Below are positions 18,071-30,490 of a stretch of DNA of 64,000 bases, one piece after another (position 1 is the first letter of the stretch; every line of letters starts with the position of its first letter). The DNA comes from Agathobaculum sp. Lineage in GTDB: Bacteria; Bacillota; Clostridia; Oscillospirales; Butyricicoccaceae. Where the stretch lies: the NCBI RefSeq assembly GCF_034098985.1, contig NZ_JAXEOA010000011.1, positions 66,302 through 130,301 of the forward strand. The letters are read 5' to 3'. A model generated the notes under the pieces. It searched no databases. It had not been told where the DNA came from and saw nothing but the letters and a program-made list of their open reading frames with translations. The position numbers and the translations under genes are program-made.

Positions 18071-18766
18071 ATGGCAGGACTGCATGACAACCATCGGGAA
18101 CGTGTGTTCAAGAAATTCGAGGAGTATGGGCTGGATGCGTTTGAGGATTACCAAGCGCTGGAGCTGCTGCTGTTTTATTCAATCCCCCGCAAGGATACCA
18201 ACGAGACCGCGCACCGGCTGAAAAACACGTTCGGCTCGCTATCCGGCGTGTTTGATGCGTCCTACGAGGCGCTTTTGCAGGTGGAAGGCGTGGGCGGCCG
18301 CACCGCGGCGCTGGTCTGCCTGCTTAGGGAGCTTGCGGCGCGCGTTGAAAAAGACCGGGCGCGCGTGCAGCAGAACAGCATTCGGCTGACCACGCCTGAA
18401 CTAATCGGCGCCTATTTTGTGCCGCAGTTCACGGGCGCGGCCGAAGAACGCCTGCTCGCGGCTTATCTTGACAATGCGGGACGTGTGCTTCGCTGCACAA
18501 CTGTGGGCGTGGGCAATGTCAACCGGGTCTCGCTCAACATGCGCGGCATTTTGGAATCCGCGTGCCTGCTCAAGGCGGCGGGCGTCGCGCTTGCGCATAA
18601 CCATCCGGGCGGCGACGTTTCGCCGTCCGCCGAGGATATCGAATTGACCAAGCGGGTAGCTGATGGGCTTCGGCTGGCGGATATCCAGCTGGTCGAGCAT
18701 GTGATCGTCGCGGGAGACCGGTTTAACCCAATCGGGAAGCTGTGTTGCGGAAGGAGGAACTACTAA
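18071..18766 (+). CDS. radC: RadC-family JAB/MPN domain protein
   Basis: MAGLHDNHRERVFKKFEEYGLDAF at the N-terminus and JAMM motif LAHNHPGGDVSPSAEDIELT. SD is GGAGAGGAGG. Confidence 0.85.
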   Translation: MAGLHDNHRERVFKKFEEYGLDAFEDYQALELLLFYSIPRKDTNETAHRLKNTFGSLSGVFDASYEALLQVEGVGGRTAALVCLLRELAARVEKDRARVQQNSIRLTTPELIGAYFVPQFTGAAEERLLAAYLDNAGRVLRCTTVGVGNVNRVSLNMRGILESACLLKAAGVALAHNHPGGDVSPSAEDIELTKRVADGLRLADIQLVEHVIVAGDRFNPIGKLCCGRRNY

Positions 18767-18769
18767 CGG

Positions 18770-20715
<1,946 letters not shown>

Positions 20716-20719
<4 letters not shown>

Positions 20720-21012
20720 AGGCCTATTTTATTGTGTCGGTTCAAATTTCCGAGCAGGATAAACGGCCGCTGTACGAGGAATATATCCAGCTTGTGCGGC
20801 CGATTGTCGAGTCCCACGGCGGCGTTTATCTGGTGCGCACGGAAAACATGGAATACAGCCCGGGCGCATGGAGGCCGGACCGCCTGATCGTGATCGAATT
20901 CCCTGACAGAGCCTCACTGGATCGTTGCTTTGCTTCGGAGGAATACCGGGCGGTGGCCGGGCTGCGCATCCAGTCGGTTGAGGCCAGCGCGGTCATTGTG
21001 GAAGGCGAATAG
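20716..21012 (+). CDS. DUF1330 domain protein
   Basis: 98 aa: [42 protein letters not shown]...[24 protein letters not shown]. Its ATG overlaps the uvrB stop (ATGA). Confidence 0.8.
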
Positions 21013-21045
21013 AAAATCAAGCAAAGGAAAGATAAGGATATCAAC

Positions 21046-23883
21046 ATGCACGAATTTATACACGTCAAAGGTGCGCGCGAGCACAACCTGAAAAATATCG
21101 ATATCAAGATCCCGCGCGATAAGCTGACCGTGCTGACCGGCTTGTCCGGTTCGGGCAAATCGTCGCTGGCGTTCGACACGATCTACGCCGAGGGGCAGAG
21201 GCGGTATGTCGAATCGCTTTCCAGCTACGCGCGGATGTTTCTGGGGCAGATGGAAAAGCCCGACGTCGATTATATCGACGGGCTGTCCCCGGCCATTTCG
21301 ATTGACCAGAAGACGACCTCGAAAAACCCGCGATCGACCGTCGGAACGGTTACGGAAATCTACGATTATATGCGCCTGTTGTGGGCGCGCATCGGCACGC
21401 CGCATTGCCCGAAGTGCGGCAAGGAGATCCACCAGCAGACGATCGACCAGATTATTGACCGTTTGATGACGCTGCCTGAAAAGACGCGCGTACAAGTGCT
21501 CGCGCCGGTGATCCGCGGCAAAAAGGGCGAGCATTCCAAGGTGCTTGAGGACGCGCGCAAGGCGGGCTACGTCCGCGTTCGCGTGGACGGGGAGACGCGC
21601 GACCTTTCTGAGGAGATCAAGCTGGCTAAAACGCATAAACACAATATCGAGATCGTGGTAGACCGCATTTCGATAAAGCCTGATGTGCGTGCGCGCCTGA
21701 ACGATTCAGTGGAGACCGCGGCCGCGCTGTCTGGCGGACTGGTGATCGCAGACGTTATCGGCGGCGAACCCATTTTGTTTTCTCAGAACTATGCGTGCGA
21801 GGACTGCGGCATCTCGATCGAAGAACTGACGCCGCGCAGCTTTTCCTTTAATAATCCCTACGGCGCATGTCCGACCTGCACCGGCCTCGGCATGAAGATG
21901 CGCGTCGACCCGGATCGTATCCTGCCGAACCGCAAGCTGTCGCTCAAGGGCGGCGCGGTTCGTGCCTCGGGCTGGGCGGGCTGTGAACCGGGCACGATCG
22001 CATATATGTATTACACCGCGCTTGCAAAGCGTCATGGTTTTACGCTGGACACGCCAGTCGAAGAGATGAGCGAAGATGCGGTGCGCGAACTGCTGTACGG
22101 AACGGGGAAGGACGTGCTCGAGCTGTCGGTCAGCCGGGTATCGGGCGGCGTGATGAAACAGCCGTTCGAGGGTTTAGTCAACAATCTGGAGCGGCGATAT
22201 AAGGAGACCTCGAGCGATTATTCGCGGCAGGAGATCGAGGACTGCATGAGCGAGATCCCTTGTCCGGACTGCGGCGGCCGCCGACTCAAGCCCGAGGTGC
22301 TCGCCGTTACCATTGGCGGGCTAAATATCGCGGAATTTGCTGAAAAATCGGTGGTCAAGGCGATGGAGTTTCTGCATACGCTTGAGCTGACCGAGATGCA
22401 GCATAAAATCGGCGACCGGGTCATCAAGGAAATCATGGATCGTCTGGGTTTCTTGCAGTCCGTCGGCCTGGAATACCTGACGCTGTCGCGCGCTTCCGGC
22501 ACACTGTCAGGCGGCGAAAGCCAGCGCATCCGGCTGGCTACGCAGATTGGGTCTTCGCTGATGGGCGTTTTGTATATCTTGGACGAACCTTCTATCGGTC
22601 TGCACCAGCGCGACAACGACAAGCTGCTCGCGACGCTGGGACGCCTTCGCGATTTGGGCAATACGCTGATTGTCGTTGAGCATGACGAGGATACCATGTA
22701 CGCGGCCGACCATATCATCGACATCGGCCCCGGCGCGGGGCGAAACGGCGGCGAGGTCGTGTTTGAAGGCACGGTGGAAGAGATCGTGAAAGATGAGCGG
22801 TCTATCACCGGGCAATACCTTTCCGGACGCAAATTTATTCCGGTTCCCGCCGTGCGCCGTAAGGGTAACGGCAAGAAGCTGACAGTCAAGGGCTGCGCGG
22901 TCAATAATCTGAAGCATACGGATTTCACTATTCCGCTCGGCACGCTGACCTGCGTGACCGGCGTATCCGGCTCGGGCAAATCCTCATTTGTTAACGAGAT
23001 TTTGTACAAAAAGCTCGCGGCCGAGCTGAACGGCGCCAAGACCCGCGCGGGCGCGTATGAGAAAATGACCGGCCTGTCGTATCTGGATAAGGTCATCAAT
23101 ATCAACCAGTCCCCGATCGGGCGTACACCACGCTCCAACCCGGCGACCTATACCGGCGTGTTCAATGATATCCGCGACCTTTTCGCGCAGACGGCAGACG
23201 CCAAAACGCGCGGCTACGGGCCGGGACGCTTTTCGTTCAATGTCAAGGGCGGACGCTGCGAGGCCTGCATGGGGGACGGCTTGCTCAAGATCGAAATGCA
23301 TTTTCTGCCGGATATTTATGTGCCCTGTGACGTGTGCAAGGGCAGGCGCTATAACAAGGAGACTTTGGAGGTTCGCTATAAGGGCAAAAACATTTACGAA
23401 GTGCTCGATATGACGGTCGACGAGGCGTGTGAGTTCTTTGAAAATGTTCCCAAGATTTCGCGGCGGATGGAAACGATGCGCGAAGTCGGCCTCGGTTACG
23501 TTAAGCTCGGCCAGTCGTCGACGACACTGTCCGGCGGCGAGGCACAGCGCGCCAAGCTGGCGACCGAACTGTCCAAGCGGCCGACAGGTAAAACCATCTA
23601 TATCCTAGACGAGCCGACTACGGGTCTGCACGTTGCGGATGTGCATAAGCTGGTAAATGTCTTGCAGCAGCTGGTGGAGGCGGGGAACACCGTGGTCGTC
23701 ATTGAGCACAATTTGGATGTTATCAAGACGGCGGACTATATCCTCGATCTCGGCCCGGAGGGCGGCGACGCTGGCGGCCGGCTGGTGATCGCGGGCACGC
23801 CGGAGGAAGTCGCGGCGCATGAGGGTTCTTACACCGGGCAGTATCTGAAGCCTTATCTGGAACGTGGCAAACAGACAGAATAA
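21046..23883 (+). CDS. uvrA: Excinuclease ABC subunit A
   Basis: 945 aa with two ABC ATPase modules ([23 protein letters not shown]) and zinc-finger Cys clusters. Confidence 0.97.
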   Translation: MHEFIHVKGAREHNLKNIDIKIPRDKLTVLTGLSGSGKSSLAFDTIYAEGQRRYVESLSSYARMFLGQMEKPDVDYIDGLSPAISIDQKTTSKNPRSTVGTVTEIYDYMRLLWARIGTPHCPKCGKEIHQQTIDQIIDRLMTLPEKTRVQVLAPVIRGKKGEHSKVLEDARKAGYVRVRVDGETRDLSEEIKLAKTHKHNIEIVVDRISIKPDVRARLNDSVETAAALSGGLVIADVIGGEPILFSQNYACEDCGISIEELTPRSFSFNNPYGACPTCTGLGMKMRVDPDRILPNRKLSLKGGAVRASGWAGCEPGTIAYMYYTALAKRHGFTLDTPVEEMSEDAVRELLYGTGKDVLELSVSRVSGGVMKQPFEGLVNNLERRYKETSSDYSRQEIEDCMSEIPCPDCGGRRLKPEVLAVTIGGLNIAEFAEKSVVKAMEFLHTLELTEMQHKIGDRVIKEIMDRLGFLQSVGLEYLTLSRASGTLSGGESQRIRLATQIGSSLMGVLYILDEPSIGLHQRDNDKLLATLGRLRDLGNTLIVVEHDEDTMYAADHIIDIGPGAGRNGGEVVFEGTVEEIVKDERSITGQYLSGRKFIPVPAVRRKGNGKKLTVKGCAVNNLKHTDFTIPLGTLTCVTGVSGSGKSSFVNEILYKKLAAELNGAKTRAGAYEKMTGLSYLDKVININQSPIGRTPRSNPATYTGVFNDIRDLFAQTADAKTRGYGPGRFSFNVKGGRCEACMGDGLLKIEMHFLPDIYVPCDVCKGRRYNKETLEVRYKGKNIYEVLDMTVDEACEFFENVPKISRRMETMREVGLGYVKLGQSSTTLSGGEAQRAKLATELSKRPTGKTIYILDEPTTGLHVADVHKLVNVLQQLVEAGNTVVVIEHNLDVIKTADYILDLGPEGGDAGGRLVIAGTPEEVAAHEGSYTGQYLKPYLERGKQTE

Positions 23884-23895
23884 AATAGACAGAAA

Positions 23896-23928
23896 ACGGG
23901 TATTTCCGCCGGAAATGCCCGTTTTTTG
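23896..23928 (+). terminator. Terminator after uvrA
   Basis: ACGGGTATTTCCG / CGGAAATGCCCGT followed by TTTTTT. Confidence 0.8.
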
Positions 23929-23967
23929 CATAGTTCATAAAAGTTGTTGAGGTATTGCCTCTGTTTT

Positions 23968-24010
23968 GGAATAATAGTGGCAGTTGAAAGACACGAGCCA
24001 TCCATAAACA
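23968..24010 (+). repeat. Degenerate duplicate of the recJ promoter/leader/start region
   Basis: GGAATAATAGTGGCAGTTGAAAGACACGAGCCATCCATAAACA aligns with 35276-35326. Shared blocks are ATAATAG, CAGTTGAAA, GAG and ATCCAT; ATG is ATA in this copy. Confidence 0.5.
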
Positions 24011-24109
24011 TTTATAGTGTTTATAACGTCTTTTGTGTTAAAATTAAAGCAGTTTAACAACTTTTAAAATCCGTATTTTCCACTGAGTACACTGAATGTT
24101 GTTGTAATT

Positions 24110-24132
24110 GTGGTCAAAATGTTGGTCAAAAA
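24110..24132 (+). repeat. Tandem TGGTCAAA motif, left copy
   Basis: GTGGTCAAAATGTTGGTCAAAAA, near-identical to 35164-35185. A single copy lies at 25766-25773. Confidence 0.5.
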
Positions 24133-24295
24133 TAGTACGATAAATTGCACTATAAACACACATGCATCTTGAATCAGTAATGGCGATAAAGGCCTATAGA
24201 AGCTGCGTATGGTACTATCAAGATAGCCTTAGAATCGCTTAGAACGTCGCTAAGGGACACTAACAGATAAATTCTAGATTCATTAATAACTCCAG

Positions 24296-24334
24296 AAAAA
24301 GCTCTGGCTGCTATTTAAGCAGCCAGAGCTTTTT
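24296..24334. terminator. Orphan bidirectional terminator in ORF-free AT-rich DNA
   Basis: AAAAA-GCTCTGGCTGC-loop-GCAGCCAGAGC-TTTTT. No credible gene ends next to it on either strand. Confidence 0.6.
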
Positions 24335-24468
24335 GCATATAGGGATTTATCGTCATTATAAGAAAAAGAAGATAAAAGGTCACTCTAAAGCGGCGATTGT
24401 CTGGCATCCGCACGGCATGACAAGAAAGACGTTTCGCAAAACAGGCATTGACTATTGGCATAAAATCA

Positions 24469-24486
24469 TATATTGTATACAATATA
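24469..24486. promoter_or_regulatory. 18-bp perfect palindrome, candidate LacI-family operator (autoregulatory)
   Basis: TATATTGTATACAATATA lies about 45 nt upstream of the LacI-type gene, and TTGACT lies at 24448-24453. Confidence 0.55.
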
Positions 24487-24532
24487 AAAGATATAATCAA
24501 AAAGCCTTGAGCGGGAATTGGGGGGAGAGCAG

Positions 24533-25534
24533 ATGTATACGAGACAGGATGTTGCAAAACTGGCGCATGTTTCAGTGGCGACCGTATCAAACGTCTTAAG
24601 CGGGAAGAAATATGTGAGCGCACCGCTGCAAAAACGCGTGCATGATGCAATCGAAGCGCTCGAATATCATCCCAATCAGGCTGCGCGCTGCCTTGCGACA
24701 AAACAGAGCCGGCATTTAGCGATTATCGTAAATGATATTTGCAATCCCCGCTATGCCGAGGTGACGGAAGCGATGCAAAAGGAGGCGGCTTCCCACGGGT
24801 ACATTGTTTCTATCGTCGATATCACGCGTTTTGGGATCGGAAACGGGCAGGTTTTTGATTTAATTGCACGAAACGTAGACGGCATTTTTGTGGCCACCTA
24901 TATTGATGAAATGCGAGCGGATATTGAGCGGGCGATGCAAAGCGGCATCTGTGTGGTTTCAGGGACGAGCGATTTAGGAGCGGTGCTGAAGATTGATTAT
25001 CAAGCGGCAATCGACGAGATGATTGCGGATTTGGCGGGGCTTGGGCATAGAAGCATTGGTTTTATCAGCTGCTACTCCATACACGAAACACAGCATGACA
25101 AATACAAATGCTATTGCCGCGCGCTGCAATCATGCGGCCTGCCGATAAATCCGTCTCTGGTTGTTGATGGCTGCCCGCCGTATCATGCGGATTTGGAAAC
25201 CGGATATGCCGCGACGCGCGAATTGCTTGCGCGCGGCATAGAACTGACGGCGGTATTTGCGGTGAACGATTTGGCGGCGATTGGAGCATGCCGTGCCATT
25301 CGGGAAGCGGGGCTTCGCATCCCACAGGATATCTCCGTGGTGGGATGCGACGATATCGCTTTTTCACAATATACGGAACCAAAGCTGTCCACTATCCATG
25401 TGCCCAAGGCAGAGATGGGCAGAAGAGCCGTACGCATGCTGAATTGCCAGCTGAACGGAGGCTCGTGTGAAAAAGTCTGCATGCCGTCCGGCTATGTGAG
25501 AAGGCAGACGGTGGCGTCCGCCAATGCGGGGTAA
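24533..25534 (+). CDS. LacI family transcriptional regulator
   Basis: MYTRQDVAKLAHVSVATVSNVLSGKKYVS is a LacI HTH, followed by a periplasmic-binding-fold core. SD is GGGGGGAGAG. Confidence 0.9.
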   Translation: MYTRQDVAKLAHVSVATVSNVLSGKKYVSAPLQKRVHDAIEALEYHPNQAARCLATKQSRHLAIIVNDICNPRYAEVTEAMQKEAASHGYIVSIVDITRFGIGNGQVFDLIARNVDGIFVATYIDEMRADIERAMQSGICVVSGTSDLGAVLKIDYQAAIDEMIADLAGLGHRSIGFISCYSIHETQHDKYKCYCRALQSCGLPINPSLVVDGCPPYHADLETGYAATRELLARGIELTAVFAVNDLAAIGACRAIREAGLRIPQDISVVGCDDIAFSQYTEPKLSTIHVPKAEMGRRAVRMLNCQLNGGSCEKVCMPSGYVRRQTVASANAG

Positions 25535-25557
25535 GCGGAATTGTGCGCGGCAAGAAG

Positions 25558-25595
25558 AAAGCGGTTCAGTCCGGAGGGGCTGAGCCGCTTTTTTG
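25558..25595 (+). terminator. Terminator after the LacI-type gene
   Basis: GCGGTTCAG / CTGAGCCGC stem (one G-U pair) followed by TTTTTT. Confidence 0.7.
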
Positions 25596-25805
25596 CGCCA
25601 ATTTGTGAAACAAGGGATAGCGATTGCGGTCCGGTAAAAACAGGCCCGGCACAGGAAAAGGAAAAATATAGAAAATAAATACGGATTAAAATTGATAAAA
25701 TACGCGCGTAACTTTAAAAAGGACGGAGATAGCTGACGAAAACATACAAATTTTCGCTTCATATTTGGTCAAATAATAAAAAATTTTTTATTGCGATAAA
25801 AATTA

Positions 25806-25843
25806 TTGACTTATAAGACTGGTGTGGTAGACTGTATACAATT
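25806..25843 (+). promoter_or_regulatory. Operon promoter with a second copy of the palindromic operator core
   Basis: TTGACT (25806-25811), 16-nt spacer, extended -10 TGGTAGACT. ACTGTATACAATT (25831-25843) shares TGTATACAAT with the palindrome at 24469-24486. Confidence 0.5.
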
Positions 25844-25895
25844 AAAGAGTAATAATCATAAAATAAAAAACGGAATTATATAAAGGGGTGAAGGC

Positions 25896-26528
25896 ATGCC
25901 TCATAAAAAGGTGCTCGAATATATTCCGATGGTCAAGTTTCTGGCACATATTCTGGGAGAGCATTGCGAGATCGTACTGCACGATCTGCAAAATAAAGAC
26001 AGTTCAATTTTGGCGATTGAAAACGGCTATTTAAGCGGCCGTTCCGTCGGCGGCGCGGCAACGGATTTTATCCTGCAAACCGTGCATACGGAAAGCTACA
26101 AAAATCGTGATTTTGAAAGCCGCTACATCGCAAAAACCTACAATAAGACCTTTTTATCGTCCAGTTACTTCATTAAGGATGACAAAGGCGAAATTGTCGG
26201 AACCTTATGTGTGAATATCGACAGCATGCCGTTTCAAAATGCCGTTGAGCTGCTGAATCAGTTTTTGCCGAAGCAGAGCAGCGGCAGAAACGAACCGGTG
26301 GAGCAGCTTTTGGGAGACACGAAGGAAATCGTACAAGCGATGGTCGAGCAAGTGGCGGGCCAGCTGCGGGTGCCGCGCGAGCGTATGTCCGTGCAGGAAA
26401 AAATGGCGGTGGTGAAGGAATTATCCGAGCGCGGCGCCTTTCAGTTACGCGGTGCTACTGGGGAAATCAGCAACGCGCTCGGCGTGTCGGAGCCAACCGT
26501 GTACCGCTATTTGAATAAAGTGAGATAG
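25896..26528 (+). CDS. YheO/DauR-like transcriptional regulator (PAS-like N-terminus plus C-terminal HTH)
   Basis: YIPMVKFLAHILGEHCEIVLHDLQN at the N-terminus, and the C-terminal HTH reads GATGEISNALGVSEPTVYRYLNKV. Confidence 0.8.
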   Translation: MPHKKVLEYIPMVKFLAHILGEHCEIVLHDLQNKDSSILAIENGYLSGRSVGGAATDFILQTVHTESYKNRDFESRYIAKTYNKTFLSSSYFIKDDKGEIVGTLCVNIDSMPFQNAVELLNQFLPKQSSGRNEPVEQLLGDTKEIVQAMVEQVAGQLRVPRERMSVQEKMAVVKELSERGAFQLRGATGEISNALGVSEPTVYRYLNKVR

Positions 26529-26572
26529 TCCGAAAAACGGATCATCATAATAATTTCTAGGAGGATGAAAAA

Positions 26573-27763
26573 ATGAAAAGAAAGACAAGAATTGGTGCGT
26601 TATTGACGGTTTTAGTCCTGATGACGGCGCTGGTATCCGGTTGCGGCGGCGGTGCGGGAGAAAGCGGCGCCGGCGGTTCGGCGGAGGGCAATATAAAAAT
26701 CGGCTTTTTCGCGCCGCTGACAGGCAATATGATGCAGTACGGCGTATCATTCCAAAATGCGATTGATATGAAGGTGGAGGACATCAACGCACAGGGCGGT
26801 ATTGACGGCCGGAAGATTGAAATTGTGCCGTTTGACGATAAGGGAGATCCCAAGGAAGCAGTTAACATTGCAAATAAAATTACGTCCGATCCGGATATCA
26901 AGGTGGCGATCGGTTCGTTTTCCTCGTCGTGTTCCATGGCGGCGGCGCCGGTGTTTGAACAGGCCGGTATCCTGCATTTGGGGCCGACTGCCTCCCATCC
27001 GGATTTCGTAACCATGGGGGATAAGGCCTTTACCATCGCTATGACCATGAAATTTGAAGCGGCGGCGGACGCGAATTATGCCTATCAGAAAACCGGCGGC
27101 AAGGATATGGCCATCATTTACTTAAACAGCGATTACGGCGTGTCCCATGCGAGCGTGCTCAAGGAACAGTACGAGGCGAACGGCGGCAAGGTCGTAGCAT
27201 ATGAGGAATTCATTCCCGGCCAGACCAAGGATTTTACGCCGCTCATCACCAAGGTGAAGCAGAGCAACCCCGGCTCGCTTTTTGTCATTGCGGATTACTC
27301 GGACGGTGCGAATATTTTCAAGCAGGCGCAGAAGCTGGATTTGAAATGCGATCTGATCGGCCCCGGCATGCTGATCAAGGATGAGTTTATCGACGTTGTC
27401 GGCGACGCGGCGGAGGGGCTGCTGATGCTTTCAACGCTGCCGATCTATTCCGAGGACGACCGCGAAAACAAGGACTCCAATAAAGCTGCCTTTGTTTCCG
27501 AGTATCAGGACAAGTACGGTGTAATTCCGGACGGTTTCCCGGCAAACGCCTATGACTGCATTACGCTGCTCACCAACATGATCGCGGAGGTTGGCTACGA
27601 TACGGATGCGCTGGCCGAGCAGTTCCGCCAGCTTGGCCGGTATGAGGGCGTTTCCGGCAACATCACGATTGATCCGGAGACAAAGGAAGTAAAGCGCGAC
27701 CTGATGGTCTACACCATTCAGGACGGGAAATATGTGATCGACGAGGTCGTTCCTGCTTCATAA
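26573..27763 (+). CDS. ABC transporter substrate-binding lipoprotein (LivK / branched-chain amino-acid type)
   Basis: Lipobox LVSGCGG. Type-I PBP pattern IKIGFFAPLTGNMMQYG...GGIDGRKIEIVPFDDKGDPKEA. Confidence 0.9.
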   Translation: MKRKTRIGALLTVLVLMTALVSGCGGGAGESGAGGSAEGNIKIGFFAPLTGNMMQYGVSFQNAIDMKVEDINAQGGIDGRKIEIVPFDDKGDPKEAVNIANKITSDPDIKVAIGSFSSSCSMAAAPVFEQAGILHLGPTASHPDFVTMGDKAFTIAMTMKFEAAADANYAYQKTGGKDMAIIYLNSDYGVSHASVLKEQYEANGGKVVAYEEFIPGQTKDFTPLITKVKQSNPGSLFVIADYSDGANIFKQAQKLDLKCDLIGPGMLIKDEFIDVVGDAAEGLLMLSTLPIYSEDDRENKDSNKAAFVSEYQDKYGVIPDGFPANAYDCITLLTNMIAEVGYDTDALAEQFRQLGRYEGVSGNITIDPETKEVKRDLMVYTIQDGKYVIDEVVPAS

Positions 27764-27817
27764 GCAGGTCTGCGCATACCAATGTCATGCGCGGTGAATC
27801 CGTAAGGGAGGGAAAAT

Positions 27818-28696
27818 ATGTTTTTTCAACAGGTCGTCAACGGTTTGACCATAGGCAGCATGTATGCGTTGGTTGCGATTGGCTATACAATGGTATTCGG
27901 CGTTTTAAAGCTGGTCAATTTCTCACATGGCTCCGTGTTTATGGTGGGCGCATACTTGACCCTACAGCTCAGTATCGCGCTCGGCGGACACTTCTTTTTG
28001 GCGGCGGCGCTCAGCCTGCTGCTGACCGGCGTGCTTGGCGTGGCGATTGACCGCTGCGCGCTGCGCCGTCTGCGCGAAAAGAAAGCGGATCGCATTACCG
28101 CGCTGATTTCCACGCTGGGCGTCGCCACAATTTTGGACAATGGCGTGATGATCGCGTTCGGCTCGGAGACTAAGGCGTTTCCGAATGTGCTGCAGCTGGG
28201 TAAATTTACGATCGGCGGCACCGTCGTCAGTTGGGTGCAGATCATTATTCTGCTTTTGGCGCTGGTGCTGATGGGAGCGATGAGCATTGTCGTTTACCGC
28301 ACCAAAATGGGACGCGCCATGCGCGCCACCTCGCAGAATGCGGACGCCGCGAAGCTAATGGGCATCAATGTAAATTATGTCGTGGCGTTCACGTTTTTTG
28401 TGGGCTCGCTGCTGGCCTCGGTCGCCGGCACGATGTACGGCATGTATTACGAGGCGATCGACCCGCTGATGGGCTCGGTCATCAGCATGAAAACCTTCGC
28501 CTGCGTGGTGCTGGGCGGCGTCGGCGTGCTGCCGGGCGCTATGCTGGGCGGGCTGCTGATCGGCGTGGTCGAAGCGGTTGGTGCGAGCTACATCAGCTCG
28601 GGATACCGGGACGCGATTGCGTTTGCAATTCTGATTTTGGTGCTCGTGCTTCGCCCGCAGGGCATCCTTGGCAAAAAAGTTGCCGATAAGATTTAA
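27818..28696 (+). CDS. Branched-chain amino-acid-type ABC permease (LivH-like)
   Basis: MFFQQVVNGLTIGSMYALVAIGYTMVFGVLKLVNFSHG is the canonical LivH N-terminus. Confidence 0.9.
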   Translation: MFFQQVVNGLTIGSMYALVAIGYTMVFGVLKLVNFSHGSVFMVGAYLTLQLSIALGGHFFLAAALSLLLTGVLGVAIDRCALRRLREKKADRITALISTLGVATILDNGVMIAFGSETKAFPNVLQLGKFTIGGTVVSWVQIIILLLALVLMGAMSIVVYRTKMGRAMRATSQNADAAKLMGINVNYVVAFTFFVGSLLASVAGTMYGMYYEAIDPLMGSVISMKTFACVVLGGVGVLPGAMLGGLLIGVVEAVGASYISSGYRDAIAFAILILVLVLRPQGILGKKVADKI

Positions 28697-28710
28697 GGAG
28701 GGGAGAGAAT

Positions 28711-29724
28711 ATGATGAATACCATTTATGCGCTCATGGCGAAAAAGCAAAAGCTGATTCAGCTGGTGCTTTTGGCCGCCGCAATCGTGTTTCCGCTGGCG
28801 GTTAAAAACCCATATGCAATCCGCTTGGCTATTTTGTCGGGTATCTTCGTGATTCTGTCCCTGAGCCTCAATCTGCTCACCGGCTTCGCGGGTCAAATTT
28901 CGCTGGGACATATCGCATTCTACGGGATTGGCGCGTACACCGCTGCGATCCTTTCCAAAAATTTCGGCGTGAATTTTATTCTGTGCATGCTGGCGGCCAT
29001 GGTGACCGCAGGGCTGTTCGGTTTTCTGCTGGGTCTGCCTACCTTGAAGCTGGGGGGTTACTATTTGGCCATTGTCACGCTCGGTTTTTCGGAAATTGTC
29101 CGTTTGGTGGAAATCAACTGGATGGAATTGACAAATGGGCCGTTGGGTATCAACGGCATTCCGAAGCCGGCGCTGTTTGGACTGAAATTATCCTCGCCGT
29201 CCGCCTATTACTTTATTTGCCTGCTTTTGGTGGTGCTGACGTTGGTGGTTATCCGCAATATCCTCAACTCCAGAATCGGCTATGCGCTGGGCACCGTCCG
29301 CGGGGACGATAACGCGGCGAAATTTATGGGGGTTAATGTATTTCGATATAAAATTTTGGCCTTTGTCATTTCGGCTGCGTTCGCCGGTTTGGCGGGCGCG
29401 TTCTTTGCACAGTACGTTACCTTTATCGACCCGACCAGCTTTGCGTCCGATCAATCGACGCTGATTTTGATTATGATAATCTTCGGCGGCATCGGCTCGC
29501 TGCCCGGCAGCATCATTGGCGCGGTCGTGCTGACGCTGGTGCCCGAGCTGTTGCGCGATCTGATGGAATACCGCATGCTGATTTACGGCGTGGTGCTGGT
29601 ATTTATGATGCTGGTACGGCCTGAAGGTCTGCTGGGAAAGATAAACTTTAAGCATATACGGCAGCAGGCCTCGGTCGGACGGCTGGGCGCCGCAAAACTT
29701 GGGAAGGACGGGGATGCCGCATGA
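28711..29724 (+). CDS. Branched-chain amino-acid-type ABC permease (LivM-like)
   Basis: LNLLTGFAGQISLGHIAFYGIGAYTAA is a LivM signature. Confidence 0.9.
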   Translation: MMNTIYALMAKKQKLIQLVLLAAAIVFPLAVKNPYAIRLAILSGIFVILSLSLNLLTGFAGQISLGHIAFYGIGAYTAAILSKNFGVNFILCMLAAMVTAGLFGFLLGLPTLKLGGYYLAIVTLGFSEIVRLVEINWMELTNGPLGINGIPKPALFGLKLSSPSAYYFICLLLVVLTLVVIRNILNSRIGYALGTVRGDDNAAKFMGVNVFRYKILAFVISAAFAGLAGAFFAQYVTFIDPTSFASDQSTLILIMIIFGGIGSLPGSIIGAVVLTLVPELLRDLMEYRMLIYGVVLVFMMLVRPEGLLGKINFKHIRQQASVGRLGAAKLGKDGDAA

Positions 29725-30488
29725 GCGAGACGATATTGCAAACACAGGATGTGGTGCAGCGCTTCGGCGGTCTGACCGCAGTCAACCGGGTTAGCATGAA
29801 GATCGAGAAAAACCAGATCGTCGGCTTGATCGGCCCCAACGGCGCCGGGAAAACGACTTTTTTCAACGTGATCACGGGCGTCAACACGCCGACGGAAGGA
29901 AGCGTTGCGTTTAAGGGGCGGATGATAACGGGACTTCCGGCCCATCAAATTGTGGAGCATGGGATTGCGCGCACCTTTCAAAACATCCGTCTGTTTAAGA
30001 ATATGACCGCACAGGAAAACGTCATCGCGGGCATGCATTCCAGAACGAAATCAACGCTGCTTGACTGCATTTTTCGAACCCCGCGCCACAGAAAAGAGAC
30101 GAGGGAGTGCGAGGCGCGGGCGGATGAGCTGCTGCGGCTGGTCGGTCTGTATGAATACCGCTTTGATTTGGCGACCAGCCTGCCGTACGGACACCAGCGG
30201 CGTTTGGAAATTGCCCGCGCACTGGCCAGCGATCCGGTATTGCTGCTGCTCGACGAACCGGCGGCCGGTATGAACGAGCAGGAGACGGCGGAGCTTCTTT
30301 CGTTCATCTGCCAAATTCGGGACATGGGATACACGATCCTGCTGATCGAGCACGATATGAAATTGGTGATGAGCGTTTGCGAAAATATTTACGTGCTCGA
30401 CCACGGAGAGCTGATCGCGCAGGGCGAACCCGAGCAAATCAAGAACGACGCGCGCGTCATCGAAGCATATCTTGGAAAGGAGGCTTGA
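29721..30488 (+). CDS. ABC transporter ATP-binding protein (LivG-like)
   Basis: Walker A GPNGAGKTTFFN, signature LPYGHQRRLEIARAL, and a LivG-type C-terminus (VIEAYLG). Confidence 0.9.
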   Translation: MSETILQTQDVVQRFGGLTAVNRVSMKIEKNQIVGLIGPNGAGKTTFFNVITGVNTPTEGSVAFKGRMITGLPAHQIVEHGIARTFQNIRLFKNMTAQENVIAGMHSRTKSTLLDCIFRTPRHRKETRECEARADELLRLVGLYEYRFDLATSLPYGHQRRLEIARALASDPVLLLLDEPAAGMNEQETAELLSFICQIRDMGYTILLIEHDMKLVMSVCENIYVLDHGELIAQGEPEQIKNDARVIEAYLGKEA

Positions 30489-30490
30489 GC

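Noticed and set aside
20914-23138. Long minus-strand ORFs (20914-21642, 242 aa; 22218-23138, 306 aa) inside uvrA. Similar cases are 656-1168, 18836-19537, 35252-35971, 37178-38038, 51247-52038 and 56592-57401.
   Set aside because: They are antisense to genes with unambiguous family motifs. Their translations are Arg/Ala/Pro-rich and low in complexity, as expected for stop-poor shadow frames in high-GC DNA. None has an SD plus start.
24315-24701. ORFs 24315-24701 (-) and 24333-24599 (+) in the left island junction.
   Set aside because: They run across the orphan terminator, the LacI promoter/operator and the LacI start. The translations are Lys/Tyr/Ile-rich, typical of AT-rich non-coding DNA, and neither has an SD.
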